A DNA stretch of 64,000 bases from Eledone cirrhosa (Eukaryota), in assembly GCA_964016885.1 (NCBI GenBank), contig OZ024740.1, positions 362,390,001 to 362,454,000 on the forward strand, written 5' to 3'. Position 1 is the stretch's first letter, and every line of letters begins with the position of its first letter. A program made the translations under genes and the position numbers. Below, one piece after another: positions 13,988-26,279 of the stretch. The notes beneath the pieces are model-generated. The model did no database searches, was not told the origin of the DNA, and saw only the letters and a list, made by a program, of their open reading frames with translations.

Positions 13988-14236
13988 TTCAGGCAGTTGC
14001 CCAATATAGGTATGTTCTTCTTGATTTATTACTTTAAATTAAGTCTGGCAAACCATATTGTTATAGTTAGTATTGTTTTCACCCTAGTGAACTTGGTCCT
14101 TTACAATTCGAACACATGTATGTTTATATTTGTCTTTATCTCTCTTGTATTTTTTTTTCATTTCATTTTCATTTTACGTCCGCTTTTTCCCTGCTTGCAA
14201 GGTGTATATTCAATTATATATAAATATATTTATATA

Positions 14237-14585
14237 TGGAGGCACATGGCTTAGTGGTTAGAGCATTGACCTTGCAATCGAAAGGTTGTGAGTTCAATTC
14301 TCAGACTGGGTGATGTGTTGTTTCCTTGAGCAAGACACTTTATTTCACATTGCTCCAGTTTATTCAGCTGTAGAAATGAGATGATAGGGACTGGGGTCCA
14401 TATCATTCCACTGCAAAGTGGTCGTGGAGGTGCCACGGCAAAAAAGCACCCAGCACTCACTGTAAATGAGGTTGGTGTTAGGAAGGGCATCCAGCTGTAG
14501 AAATCAAGCCAGAATCAGTTCCCGTCCCACCCTTGCAAGCAGGGAAAAGTGGACGTAAAATGAAATGATGAAATGATGATGATGA
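14237..14585 (+). mobile_element. tRNA-derived SINE family A (tRNA head, ccttgagcaagacactt core, RTE-derived tail)
   Basis: A box tggcttagtgg, B box gagttcaattc; tail matches the RTE 3' UTR at 8420-8570; (GAT)n end. Confidence 0.9.
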
Positions 14586-14696
14586 TACATATATATATAT
14601 AACTGGAATGACTGCTTGGATATTCAGTTGAAACTCATCTTGTGAATTTTTGTTTGCCTGTATCAGGACTCAGGCAAGTGGTATATATATATATAT

Positions 14697-15042
14697 ATCA
14701 TCATCATCATCATTTCATTTTACGTCCACTTTTCCCTGCTTGCAAGGGTGGGACTGGAACTGATTCTGGTTTGATTTCTACAGCTGGATGCCCTTCCTAA
14801 CACCAACCTCATTTACAGTGAGTGCTGGGTGCGTTTTTGCCGTGGCATCTCCACGACCACTTTGCAGTGGAATGATATGGACCCCAGTCCCTATCATCTC
14901 ATTTCTACAGCTGAGTAAACTGGAGCAATGTGAAATAAAGTATCTTGCTCAAGGAAACAACACATCACCCGGTCTGAGAATTGAACTCACAACCTTTCGA
15001 TTGCAAGGCCAATGCTCTAACCACTGAGCCATGTGCCTCCAT
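14697..15042 (-). mobile_element. SINE family A, inverted relative to the 14237 copy
   Basis: Near-identical reverse complement of 14237-14585. Confidence 0.9.
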
Positions 15043-15074
15043 CTATATATTTATTTATTAAAATAACAGATTAA

Positions 15075-15125
15075 AGTTTAAGCAAAGAATCGCTGCTTTC
15101 ACCCTTAACGGGATCTTCTGAAACT
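15075..15125 (-). ncRNA. Hammerhead-like motif with variant core CAGAAGA at the PLE 3' end
   Basis: Minus strand: agttt CAGAAGA tccc-gttaa-gggt GAAA gca...tgc TT aaact. Confidence 0.6.
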
Positions 15126-15737
15126 AAAAAAGTCAATCTGTGAACGCAGAAGTAAATATTTCAAAAAACGTTGCAACCGGAGGAAGACAGGAAGACGATA
15201 CTTTGGTTCGTGGAAACGTTCCCTGGCAAAGAATGGAAAAAAACGAAGATAATACGTCATTATTTGGAGCGGTGAAAACAATTACACGCAAAGACAAAAC
15301 TACGTTTATGGTATAAATGAAGTCGTAGACTAATATTATATTAGGTGGTTCAAGGAGACGTTCTCTGGCAATGAACGGAAAGAAACGAAGATAATACGTC
15401 ATTATGTGGATCGGTGAGAACAATTACACGCAAAGACAAAACCACGTAAATGGTATAACTGAAGTCGTAGACTATAATTCTAACTAGGAAACCGAATGAT
15501 TCTCGGCTTCAGAGTTAAGAATAAAGTAAATAAAATACAGAGGTAATTGAAATTAAATAAATACATACAGCATCCATATACGTACATACACAAGCATACG
15601 CGAAAACACATGCCATAGGTATACAAATACAAGCACGTGCACAAAAAAAATCGCACGCACATACAGAACCCATGTAATGCCTGTACCCGCACACATACGA
15701 ACGTATACACCAAATACACATAAAAATATATATAAAA

Positions 15738-15775
<38 letters not shown>

Positions 15776-16143
15776 TCGTGTATACATATAATTAAATAAA
15801 TGTATATAACGCGCGCACACACATACCTACATGTAATTCCACATATGTCCGCAGGCGTACGTCGACTAAAACACAAAGTACACATATACACACACCCTAC
15901 ATACGTACGAACCCGCGTACTCGCACAGACGCAAAACACGCGTATACACATAACCAAACACACGTGTTCCAGAATATATAATATATATGCCATAACATAT
16001 ACAGCAAATATACGTACGAGAAAGTATACGTACCTTCACAAAACATACAGGTACTATATACTTACCTATACAAATAAGTAATGGTATAAACATAACATAT
16101 ACTTAGCTACCACAAGACGTAAAATATCCGCGTATAGTTCGTA

Positions 16144-17705
16144 CTATCCGTTAGGGTATAATGTGGGGCTGTAATACAGGAAAGTTTTATGCAATTTATG
16201 TTTACAAGCCGAAATTGCCTCAGATTTTTTGTTTAAGATGTGGTCTTTGGCACAGAGTATTTCCAGGGCCTCAGCGGTGCAGAAGTCACATGGTCTTTTA
16301 TTTCCGTTATACGACCAAGCCCTAGCTAGGATCTCCCAGTGTAAATTATATTGGGTGTGGTTGTCTTTTAGACTCCAGATATAAGCTGAAAGTGACGTCA
16401 TATTCCTTCTTAAAGAGTTAAAAAAAGAATGGGTATGCATGTAAAGACGCTGCTTGAATCTATTGGCGGTTAATCCTATGTAGGCCCTACGGAACGTCGG
16501 TGTTTCAACCTTACATTTGTATACAATGTTACTAGAGAGGCATTTCCCGGATAGGGGGCAGTCAACCCGATTTCTACAATTACAGTTAGTACTAGCTACA
16601 GGGTTGCACGTGTTCCTACGGCTAGGTAGTTTAGCTAAATTTGAAGCTGTGATGTTATGTGCAAGGTTAGGAGTCGTAGAGTAAGAAATGTTAATGGCAT
16701 TTCTATTAAAAATTTTACTATATTTATGTGCTGGGGGGAAATACTTCATAATAAGGGAGAGAAAGATCTTAGCTAATGGTGTGGCCACCTCCATATTATA
16801 TGGTGGGTTATACCATATAATGCGTCGCGATCTATTTTTCATAGGCCTATTCTCGTACTCTGTATATGCTACCTTATCGACAAATCCACTCTGAGCAAGA
16901 GCTTCATTGTAATATGTGGAATGGTCGTTGAAAATATGCTCGTTAGTAGATAGACGGGAAAGCCTCAAAGAAACGTTTTTTACCAGGTTCTTGGTTATGC
17001 TGGCAGGATGGTTAGAATTCTTACTTATGTAATTAAGCTTATCATTCGGCTTTCTATACGGGTAGTGTAAACCATTCGATAAATTGAGGGTAACGTCGAG
17101 GTAATTAACGACAGAGAGGTTGGCTTCAACCTGTATGGAGAGGTTGAAGCCTTTAAAGAAGGCTGTGAGTTCTTTTCTGAAACTGTCGCAAGCACGTGGG
17201 CCGCACTTTGTCATGGTCAAAAGACCGTCATCACGGTACAAACCACCACCCACCTTGATAAAGAAAAGAAGGAAAAGGCCGATAAGATCAGTAACCTCCG
17301 CAGAATCGCTGGCGCCCATACTCACGTCGAATGGGGTACTATTAGATTTTTTAATCCAAACAGAGTCGTCGAAATTAATCACCGACTTACGGGCATTGAG
17401 GATGACATCAACTTCGAAATCCTTAACCACTGTGAGTGTTTTAGCGAAATTGATAGCTCTAAGGAGAAGTGGTAAAGTGATGGAGGAGTAGTAATTATTG
17501 ATGTCGAATTGGATAAAACGGCAATGTTCCTTGCTGCATATGCCGTTGAACCAATCAATCACCGCGAAAGAATTATTCCACAGTGCAAGAGGGGCCAAAC
17601 TTCTAATTTCAGGTATAATTCTATCTAAAATCCTTTTACTAAGTCTACCTAAATCGGACTTTGTAGGGTTAATAAGCCGAATAGAGGGGTTGTTCGGGAA
17701 ATTGT
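16144..17705 (-). CDS. Penelope-like reverse transcriptase + GIY-YIG endonuclease (open frame, N-terminus missing)
   Basis: FIQFDINNYY, MGASDSAEV, GLYRDDGL (RT); RIIWYNPPY; CNCRNRVDCPLSGKC; NIVYKC...YIGLT..FKQRLYMH (GIY-YIG); C-terminal CDFC...CKH. The predicted Met lies in a TA microsatellite and is not the real start. Confidence 0.9.
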
Positions 17706-19619
17706 ATATATATATATACACTCATTATTATGGCTAAGTTACTCTAGAGTTTCACCTGTGTACTTATAGGATCATAGGGGTGATCCTTTGAATACACAGG
17801 TGAAATACCAAGATAACAAAACTCATTACTTAGCCATAATAAAGAATATTTAAACTCGACTTTAGTATTGACGACTTATTCTCATTCCCATTAATATCCT
17901 TTGGATAAATATATATACATATATTATATGTATGTATAATAGTGGTGTATATGAAAGGATATACTATATGTTTATATACCATAAACATATGAGAGCCTCA
18001 CTCTCAAAGGAAAAATATTTGTTCATTATGAAAACTTTATTTTTCTCTTTTGCTCTGTGAACATGTCACATATATCTCAGTAACTGTTGAGAATGCCAGT
18101 TGTTTCAAGAATCATTAATTTCTCATCTGTGGCACTAACTCAACCGGTGGAAAATAGAGTAGTGCCTATAATTAATTGGCAGTAGCACTAAAATAGCAAT
18201 AAACATAATGGTGTATATGAAGCATATACTAAATGTTTATTTACAATAAACATATTTTATAGGCTTTCATATACACCCATATTATCATTAATGCCTTCTT
18301 AGTGCTACTGCTAAGTATATATATCATCATCATCAGTATCTAGTTTTTGATTATGCAGGACACAATTAATCCCTAAATAGGGGTGGGTCCTGCCTGACTG
18401 CTCCTTAGCGACCTGCTCCGTGTGTTCCTGTCCACTGGTCTCACTTGGGTGAGGCCAAGCCTAGCTTGATCACTGGTAACTTCTTTTTCCATCTTTTAAG
18501 TGACTTCACCCTATTGTATAAGCTATTTTATAGCACCTCTGCCCTAGAGCACATCAACCTTTATACTTATATATATATATATAACATTGTATTAAATTGA
18601 TTACATGCTTATCATATAAAGACATTTCTATACAGTAACTCATAGGAAGTGAATCATAAGACATTTAGGTGAATTCTCTTCTGTCAAGATTCTAAGTAAA
18701 ATGAAGACATTTTAGAAAAAATTTATCAGTTTGAAAAATGTTTATATATTTCTTCAAGAATAAAGATGTAAGAATAATTATCTGAATTAGCTTCTTTTTA
18801 TGGTTGCAAACTAAACTTTCATATCTTTAATTGATGTATTAAATATCTTTGTAAATAACACTTTTAAGAACGTTAAATTATGATGAAGAAATACATAAAA
18901 ATCCATTGTACAATTTTTTCTTTCAAGACCTCTGATGCCCTTAGTCCCTGGACTGCAACAGAGGAGTGGAAGATAATTGAATATAAAATCAGTTTATGAG
19001 CCAGTAACAAATTTTTACCAAACATTTTTGGTATGCTTTTGAATATTTACTATACAGGTGGGCAGTGGAAAAATTTTCCATATGAATGTGGGTGATGACA
19101 TAAAAAGGTTGGGAACCCCTTGTGTACATAATCTAAAATAGATACACACAACAAGACAAGCTACTACATAAAATGATATATAGCATCCAGTTCACTTTTA
19201 TATTCAATATGGTTCTTGTACTAAAAATATAAATAGGACATACATTAATGTATTCCTTAGACATGAAGTAGAGTTTGGTTTTTTTAACCTTTGCTTTTTT
19301 CTGAATATTATATTAATCTCACAATAGGATAATACATACAGTTTTGGTTACATAATCTTTTTACTTGCTTATTCTACTGAAATATGAATAATCTGAAATT
19401 CTGTTTTCTCACATAAACAAGAAGCTTCAGATTCTTCAGAGAATGAAATCCACAAATTGCTATGTTTATGGTTATGCCTTTCTTGAGGTGCTTACCATCA
19501 CAAATGAAAATATTTTGAAAGCATGTTAGCTCATTGTAAGTTGTTACAATGTAGGTCTGGCTATAAAATATTCAAAACGAGATAGGCACATGCTGATATT
19601 TTCTCCACCTCTGGAGTTT

Positions 19620-19860
19620 TCATCATCATCGTTTTTACATCCATTTTAAAACTCTTTCATGGGTTGGACAAGTCCTTCTCAGCACAGCATTTCTCCACTC
19701 ACCCCATTCCTTCATCATCTCTTCTGTGAGTCTCAGCGATTTGAGGTCAGCTCTTACCACCTCTGGCCATGTTTTTCTTGATCTACCTCTACTGTAGCTT
19801 CCTGGCATTTCTTCACCCAACAATCATCCATGTGCATCACAGTTTTATATATGCAATTTG
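19620..19860 (-). mobile_element. RTE LINE 3' end relic
   Basis: SRGRSRKTWPEVVRADLKSLRL...WRNAV followed by (GAT)n tail. Confidence 0.75.
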
Positions 19861-20646
19861 CATTGTCATGGTTTACAATAAGTTAACATACTTTCAAAAT
19901 TTCAATTTATTCAATGCTTCATAAACTGATTAAAATTTTGTTTAGAAGTGATTTTAAAATGAATTAATATCTAGTTTCAGAAAATAGTTCTTAATAAAAT
20001 TATATTGAGTATGGTAAAATTTAACATAAGCTCCACTCAAAACAAATTTATTGCACAAGATTCAGCTGAGGTAGTCAATGTTTATGACACAATTGCTGAG
20101 CTTAGATTAGTCATAGCCAATGCAGCAACAACATTTATCTTTGCATATTCCCTCTAATCATGACAGAGATGAGAAAAAAAAACTGTTTCAATGAAATCCT
20201 CTTATAGAGTTCTTCAATGACAAATGATGGACATCCTTATCATGATAGTGACTTTAACCCTTTTGATATCAACCCAGCCAAAATCGACCTTGATTCTATA
20301 AAACAAAGCAATCTATTTTAAAAGTTTTCTATTCAAATGAAAATCTTCCACTATAATTTTAAGCTACTATCTAAACTATAATAAAGTAAGAAGCGCGGGA
20401 CTGCGTACGGTTCATAATTTTTTATCCCATTAGTAAAATAAGTTTGATTATTTTGAATAAATAATGAATGAATATTACTTAATTTATCTACTTAATTTCG
20501 TGGCTGTTCATTAAATATATTTTATTACTTATTTAAAGATTCACTTCTTTAAAATTTTCAAATGTCAACACTTCCGGTTAGCGATCGTTTAAATAAACAT
20601 ACATATATTTCTGTCACTAATTTTCTCCTAATGCAGTTTATATATA

Positions 20647-23576
20647 ATATTGGTACTAGAAATGAGGAAGGCTCCAGAATCCTAGAATTCTGTGACGCAA
20701 ATAACCTAACTATCTGTAACACTAACTTCAAAAAACGTGACAATCACCTGATCACCTATAGATCCGGGGAACACACAAGCCAGGTAGATTATATCCTTAC
20801 CAGAAGACGTGACAGAGTGTCTGTTGTAAACACTAAATCCCTCCCCCATGAAGAATGCACCTCCCAACATAGACTGATAATTAGCGACCTAATAGTCAGG
20901 ACGAGACGTACTAGACAACAGAAGAGGACTATCCTCAGGAGAAAAATATGGAAGCTAAAGGACCCCACAGCCAGAAATAAATTTAAAAGCATACTACTTG
21001 ATGCTTTCGACAGTAAGGAAGAGCAATTAGAGTCGTACAATATAGAGGAGCAGTGGGAATTCCTGAAAGCAAACCTGCTGATGGCGGCAGACGAAGTCTG
21101 TGGCTGGAGCAGGCCTGTAGGCAGGAGGAGAGTAACATGGTGGTAGAACAGTAAGGTGGAGGGGTCAATTAAGGCCAAAAAGCAGGCTTGGAAAGTATGG
21201 CGGGATGGGGGAAGTAGAGAAGACTATCAAGAGGCCAGGAGGGAAGCTAGGAGACAAGTGTACTTCGCAAGAAGGGAAGCAGAGGAAAGAAAGTTCAAGC
21301 ATGTTCTACAACGCGAGGACCAAAAACGTGAGGTGTTCAGGATTGCTAGGCAATGTGTCAAGGAAAACCGTGATATTGTCGGGGAGAAGTGTGTACTTAA
21401 TGTTGACGGCGTACTTGCCATCACCGACGCTGATAAGAAGGTAGCTTGGAAGTGTCACTATGAAAGGCTACTAAATGGGAGAAAGACAGTCTCCCCCACA
21501 TCGACCCAATAGAGGGACCAGCAGTGTTAGTCGAGCGTAGTATAATAAGTAAGGCAATCAAGGATATGAAGACGGGTAAGGCAGCTGGGCCTTCGGAAAT
21601 AGTTGCTGAGATGCTGAAGGCATCTGGCACGGTGGGACACACTATGGTCACTCGGATAGTTAACCAAGTCGTACAGAATGGGGTTGTTCCGAAGGACTGG
21701 CGTAGCAGCATCATCGTTAACTGTTATAAGGGTAAAGGAGATGCCCTAGATAGGAGTAACTATAGAGGCATTAAATTAATCGACCAGGTCATGAAGGTAA
21801 TGGAAAAAGTAATAGCGCAACTAATCAGAGAGAGAATTGACCTCGATGAAATGCAGTTCGGGTTTGTGTCAGGCAAAAGTACCACAGACGCTCTTTTCAT
21901 TGTACGACAACTACAGGAGCAGTACCTAGCTAAAAGTAAACTCCTATACTTAGCTTTTGTCGACTTGGAGAAAGCCTTCGACAGAGTCCCCCGTTCCATT
22001 ATCTGGTGGGCTCTTAGAAAACTAGGTGTTGACGAATGGCTTGTGAGAGCTATACAAGCCATGTATAAAGAAACAGTCAGCAAGGTTAGAATTAACAACG
22101 AATATAGTGAAGAGTTTAGCGTAAAAGTTGGCGTCCATCAGGGCTCTGTTCTCAGCCCCCTACTATTTATTATTGCCCTTCAGGCTATAACAGAGGAGTT
22201 CAAGACCAGCTGCCCATGGGAACTCCTATACGCAGATGACCTAACACTCATAGCTGAAACAATGGCCGAGCTAGAGAAGAAATTCCAAACATGGAAGCAC
22301 GGCCTAGAATCAAAAGGCCTTAAAATTAACCTGGCTAAGACCAAAGTTCTAGTTTGTAGGAAAGAAAATAAGGCGGCGGTCCCTTCCGGGAAGTGGCCAT
22401 GCTCAGTGTGTAGGAAAGGCGTAGGTAGAAACTCCATTTTGTGTCCTAAATGCAAAGTATGGGTGCATAAAAGATGTAGTGGGATCACAGGTAAGCTAAC
22501 TAAGAACATAGATTTCACATGTGGCCGGTGCTCTGGTGCAATAAGTAGCAGCAAGTGCCCACAAAATACTAGCTCTTTCAACTGCGCAGAGGGCTCTATA
22601 GAAATAGTGGACAGCTTCCGTTACCTGGGTGACAAAATCAGCAGTGGGGGAGGGTGCTCTGAAAGTACAGTAGCTAGAGTCAGAACTGGATGGAAAAAGT
22701 TCAGAGAGCTTATACCACTATTAGCCGCTAAAGGGTTCTCCCTAAAAATGAAAGGCAGGTTGTATGATGCCTGCATACGAACAGCAATGTTGCATGGCAG
22801 TGAGACCTGGGCATTGTGTGCAAAGGATATACGCAGACTAGAGAGGAACGAAGCTTGCATGCTCCGCTGGATGTGTAATAGTAATATACATGAACGGCAA
22901 AGCATAAACGAACTAAGAAAAAATTAGAAATAAGAGGGATCAGATGTTGTTTACTCGAGAGAAGGCTACGTTGGTATGGACACGTGATGCGCATGAAAGA
23001 CGATAGCTGTATAACAAAGTGCAGGGCATTAAAGATAGATGGTAGCCACGGAATAGGCAGACCCAGAAAAACCTGGGACGAGCTGATAAACTCCGACCTC
23101 ACACACTTACACCTCTCCAAGACAATGTCACTGTGCCGAGACCTTTGGCGGTACTCAGTAATAGAGAAGACCCGCCTTACCTAAATACATAGTAAAACCT
23201 ACTACAGTCAGTAGGTATCTCTAACAAAATACACCCCCGTCCCACCACCCCACCACCCCACCCCACCCCCTTCTATGTAAAGTTATGTTGGTGCCACACC
23301 ATCCAGGCCGAAACAAATGAGATCGTGTAGGTGTCACGACAAAAAAACACACAGTCCACGCTGTAATGTGGCCGTGTAGGCAACACGGTAAAAACCTCCC
23401 AGCCCCACACTGTAAATGTGGTTGGTGTTAGGAAGGGCATCCAACTGTAGAAAACCTGCCAGACAGTCCTATGCGAGCAAGACAATCACTCTTGCCTCAA
23501 GTGGGAAAACCCCCGTCCAAACCCATGCAAGCGTGGAACACGGACGTTGAACGTTGATGATGATGATGATGATGAT
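20647..23576 (+). mobile_element. RTE-clade LINE, 5'-truncated, disrupted (AP endonuclease C-terminal part, RT, PHD-like finger, 3' UTR)
   Basis: RNEEGSRILEFC...SQVDYIL (APE); FVDLEKAFDRVP, QGSVLSPLLF, LYADD (RT); stop at 21144, 13-bp deletion frameshift near 21475, frameshift near 22920; (GAT)n tail. Confidence 0.95.
21524..22927 (+). pseudogene. RTE reverse transcriptase segment of a disrupted ORF
   Basis: 467-aa open stretch with RT motifs and C4HC3-type CSVC...CPKC..WVHKRC...CGRC. Confidence 0.9.
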
Positions 23577-24699
23577 TGTCTGTTTTTAATGTATCATGGA
23601 TTACGTTACTGATTACATAAGACAGTGTAACACAGTCTTCGTACAATTTCTGTGTATATTGTTAATTACGATTTTATTTGATGTATCATATCTACATGCA
23701 TATATACTTGCGTATAATATCAATATACACACTACACATGCTAGCAGAAAACCACCGAAGGGTGGTTTTTCTGCTAGTCTTAGTAATAAAATAAATAATA
23801 ATTTTAGTAAATTCTTCAGTAAATAATTGAAATACAGTCTTTTTCATTAGAAATACACCCATCAAAGGTTAAATAATCTTTGTTTAAATTATGCTGAAAT
23901 AATTTTGCCTTTCATATTTTTAGCATTAAGAAAATAAATTATCTATCCATTACTGCGGATGATTTAATATTCCTATAAAACTTGTGAGTGAACTTAATAA
24001 GGAAAACTTAAGACTAAGATATCAAAAAATGAGATTTATTGTCCGAAAGGTGAAGGTACACAGCTTAGTGGTTAGAGTGTCTTGGCTCACATTATGTCCT
24101 TTAGCAAGTCACTTAATTTCACATGGCTCCAATTCACTCAGCTGGCAAAAATGAGTTGTATATGTAATTCAAAGTGTGTGCCTTGTCATATTTGCATCAT
24201 GCTGAATCTTCCTGAGAACTATGTTGTGGGTACGTATTTGTGGAATGATTAGACACTTGCATATTAAATTCACATACTGTTCCATTGTTTGATCAACTGT
24301 GACATATTGTTGGAAATGACACAGGCCCAGCATTGAATTTTGATTTTTTTTATCGAATTTTCACAGAAATGTAGACATTGAAAAATAACGTAGCTATTTC
24401 CAGTTACGTTTTGAATCTATATGTTTTGAATTTTCGTAAAAATATTATGGCATTGAAAATTAAAACTTGAAAGAAAAATATTTTGTAAATAATTAAGAGC
24501 AGAATTTTTACATTTTCAAGTATTTTCTGGGTGTTATGTAGGAAGGGAGACAATTCTAGATGTTAAATTTTGGTTAAATCAACTTCATGTATTATGCAAC
24601 ATTTTATAAGTTGTCTTTTGTAAAATCCTTATGAAAAATAAAACAGTTAACTATTAATAATATCTAGAATTATAAATACTAGATTATTAAAATTATTAA

Positions 24700-24975
24700 A
24701 TTAATTAATCCTTCCATTACCATATTTCTAATGAAACATTCACTGCCTATGGTTTTCATACAATTTTGAAAGTAATGAAGAATTTGGAGGTATCAAGTAA
24801 CATAACTAACTTTCTCATTATTAAGCCGATATCCAGAACATAACTTAACAAAGGTTCTTACATATGATTATGATGGAAGGTTTTCAGATAATTATAAACA
24901 TACAGTCGTTCTAACATAAACACTTTTGTATTATAGAACCAAGGATGGTTTTTGGCTGTTTGGTATCAAAGTGGG
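24700..24975. mobile_element. Old AT-rich dispersed repeat, possibly a piggyBac-type MITE
   Basis: ttaatccttccattaccatatttcta...gatggaagg...ggtatcaaag; relatives at about 6620-6780, 20254-20370(-), 38835-39000, 42690-43060; some begin TTAACC(C). Confidence 0.4.
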
Positions 24976-26279
24976 ACTTCCCCTCCCCCCCTCCATATGC
25001 ACTCTGGAACATTTTTTTAAATCTTCATGTTTATAAAGAACAGAAACTTTGTAATAAGTCACAGTATTCATATGATTTCATTTTTGTTTTTACTGGTTTC
25101 AGTAATTAGACTGCAGCATTGCTAGAGCACTACCCTGATTTAGTTGATTATATTGAGCCCAGTACATATTATTTCAAGTCAGGTACTTATTTTTACAATT
25201 TAGTTTGTTTTTTTAGAACATAAATACAGACAGACACAAAAACATAAACACACACACATATACACACACACACAGTCACATACAGACACACACACAGTCA
25301 CATACAAACACACACGCAGACACACACACACACAGACACACACACAGACACACACAACACAGACAGACACACACACACGTGCACACAGGCACACACACAT
25401 ACACATGCTGAGGCATATGCATCAGCTTCTGTAGTTTTCCATTACCAAATTCCACCTCTAAGGAATTGGTTAATTTGAGATCATAGTAGAAGACTCATGA
25501 TGCCACGCAGTGGGATTAAAACCAGAACCATATGGTTGTGAAACAAACTTCTTAACCTTACAGCCATACTTGCTCCTATTTGATTGTTTTTTCTGAGACT
25601 TGAAAGATTTCAAGCCTGAAATTGCAATTGTGTAAGTTTATGCTGGCTATAGATTTTCTGCAGAGACCTTGTATATACTTAAACTGGCTGTATCTGGCCA
25701 GAATTCTCTCACCTCTTTCTGTTCAAACTGGCTGTAACCAGCTGGTTATTTTAAGATCAATACCTTAAGATCATACTGATGTTAAGGTATTGTTCTCAAA
25801 ATAAATAATATCAAAATCTCATAGATTTGATATCATGTGAGATATAGTGTGAAAATATAATAGTAAATATAGAGTAATGTAAATGCTATCAGGTTAAATG
25901 GTATTGTAGCAGAATCAAGATGCCAGCTGAATTACTCAGGAAAACTATTTAATGTCTTATAATATTTATGGTTTATTCCCCCAACTGCTATGATTATATA
26001 ATTAGTACATTTACTTTCTTTTCTTATTTAAAAAAAATATCAGTTTTTCTAAATTTTAACACAGATTTTCATCTAGACAGGGTTTTCATTGGGTTTTATT
26101 TCTTTATTTTTAATGTAAATGAATTTATTTTTGAACAAAAGTATACAATAGTGAAAGTATTGAAAAGCAACAAAAAAGGATTAAAATAGTAAGCACAAAG
26201 ATAGGATAAAAGGTGGGGAGAAAATATACCAAATAATAAAATATAGTGGAGGGGGAGGGAAGGGCACTTACTACACAAT

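Larger units (their letters stand above)
15050..17705 (-). mobile_element. Penelope-like retroelement, 5'-truncated, with about 1.1-kb 3' region
   Basis: RT + GIY-YIG ORF, 3' region with an internal duplication of about 95 bp (15238-15335 / 15380-15475), terminal hammerhead-like motif; 5' end at (TA)n. Confidence 0.85.

Noticed and set aside
14237-14310. tRNA gene
   Set aside because: tRNA-like head without a proper acceptor stem, continuing into a SINE body; repeated many times
14251-15027. Recurrent 79-aa ORF MPFLTPTSFTVSAG...
   Set aside because: Antisense reading of SINE family A, not a gene family
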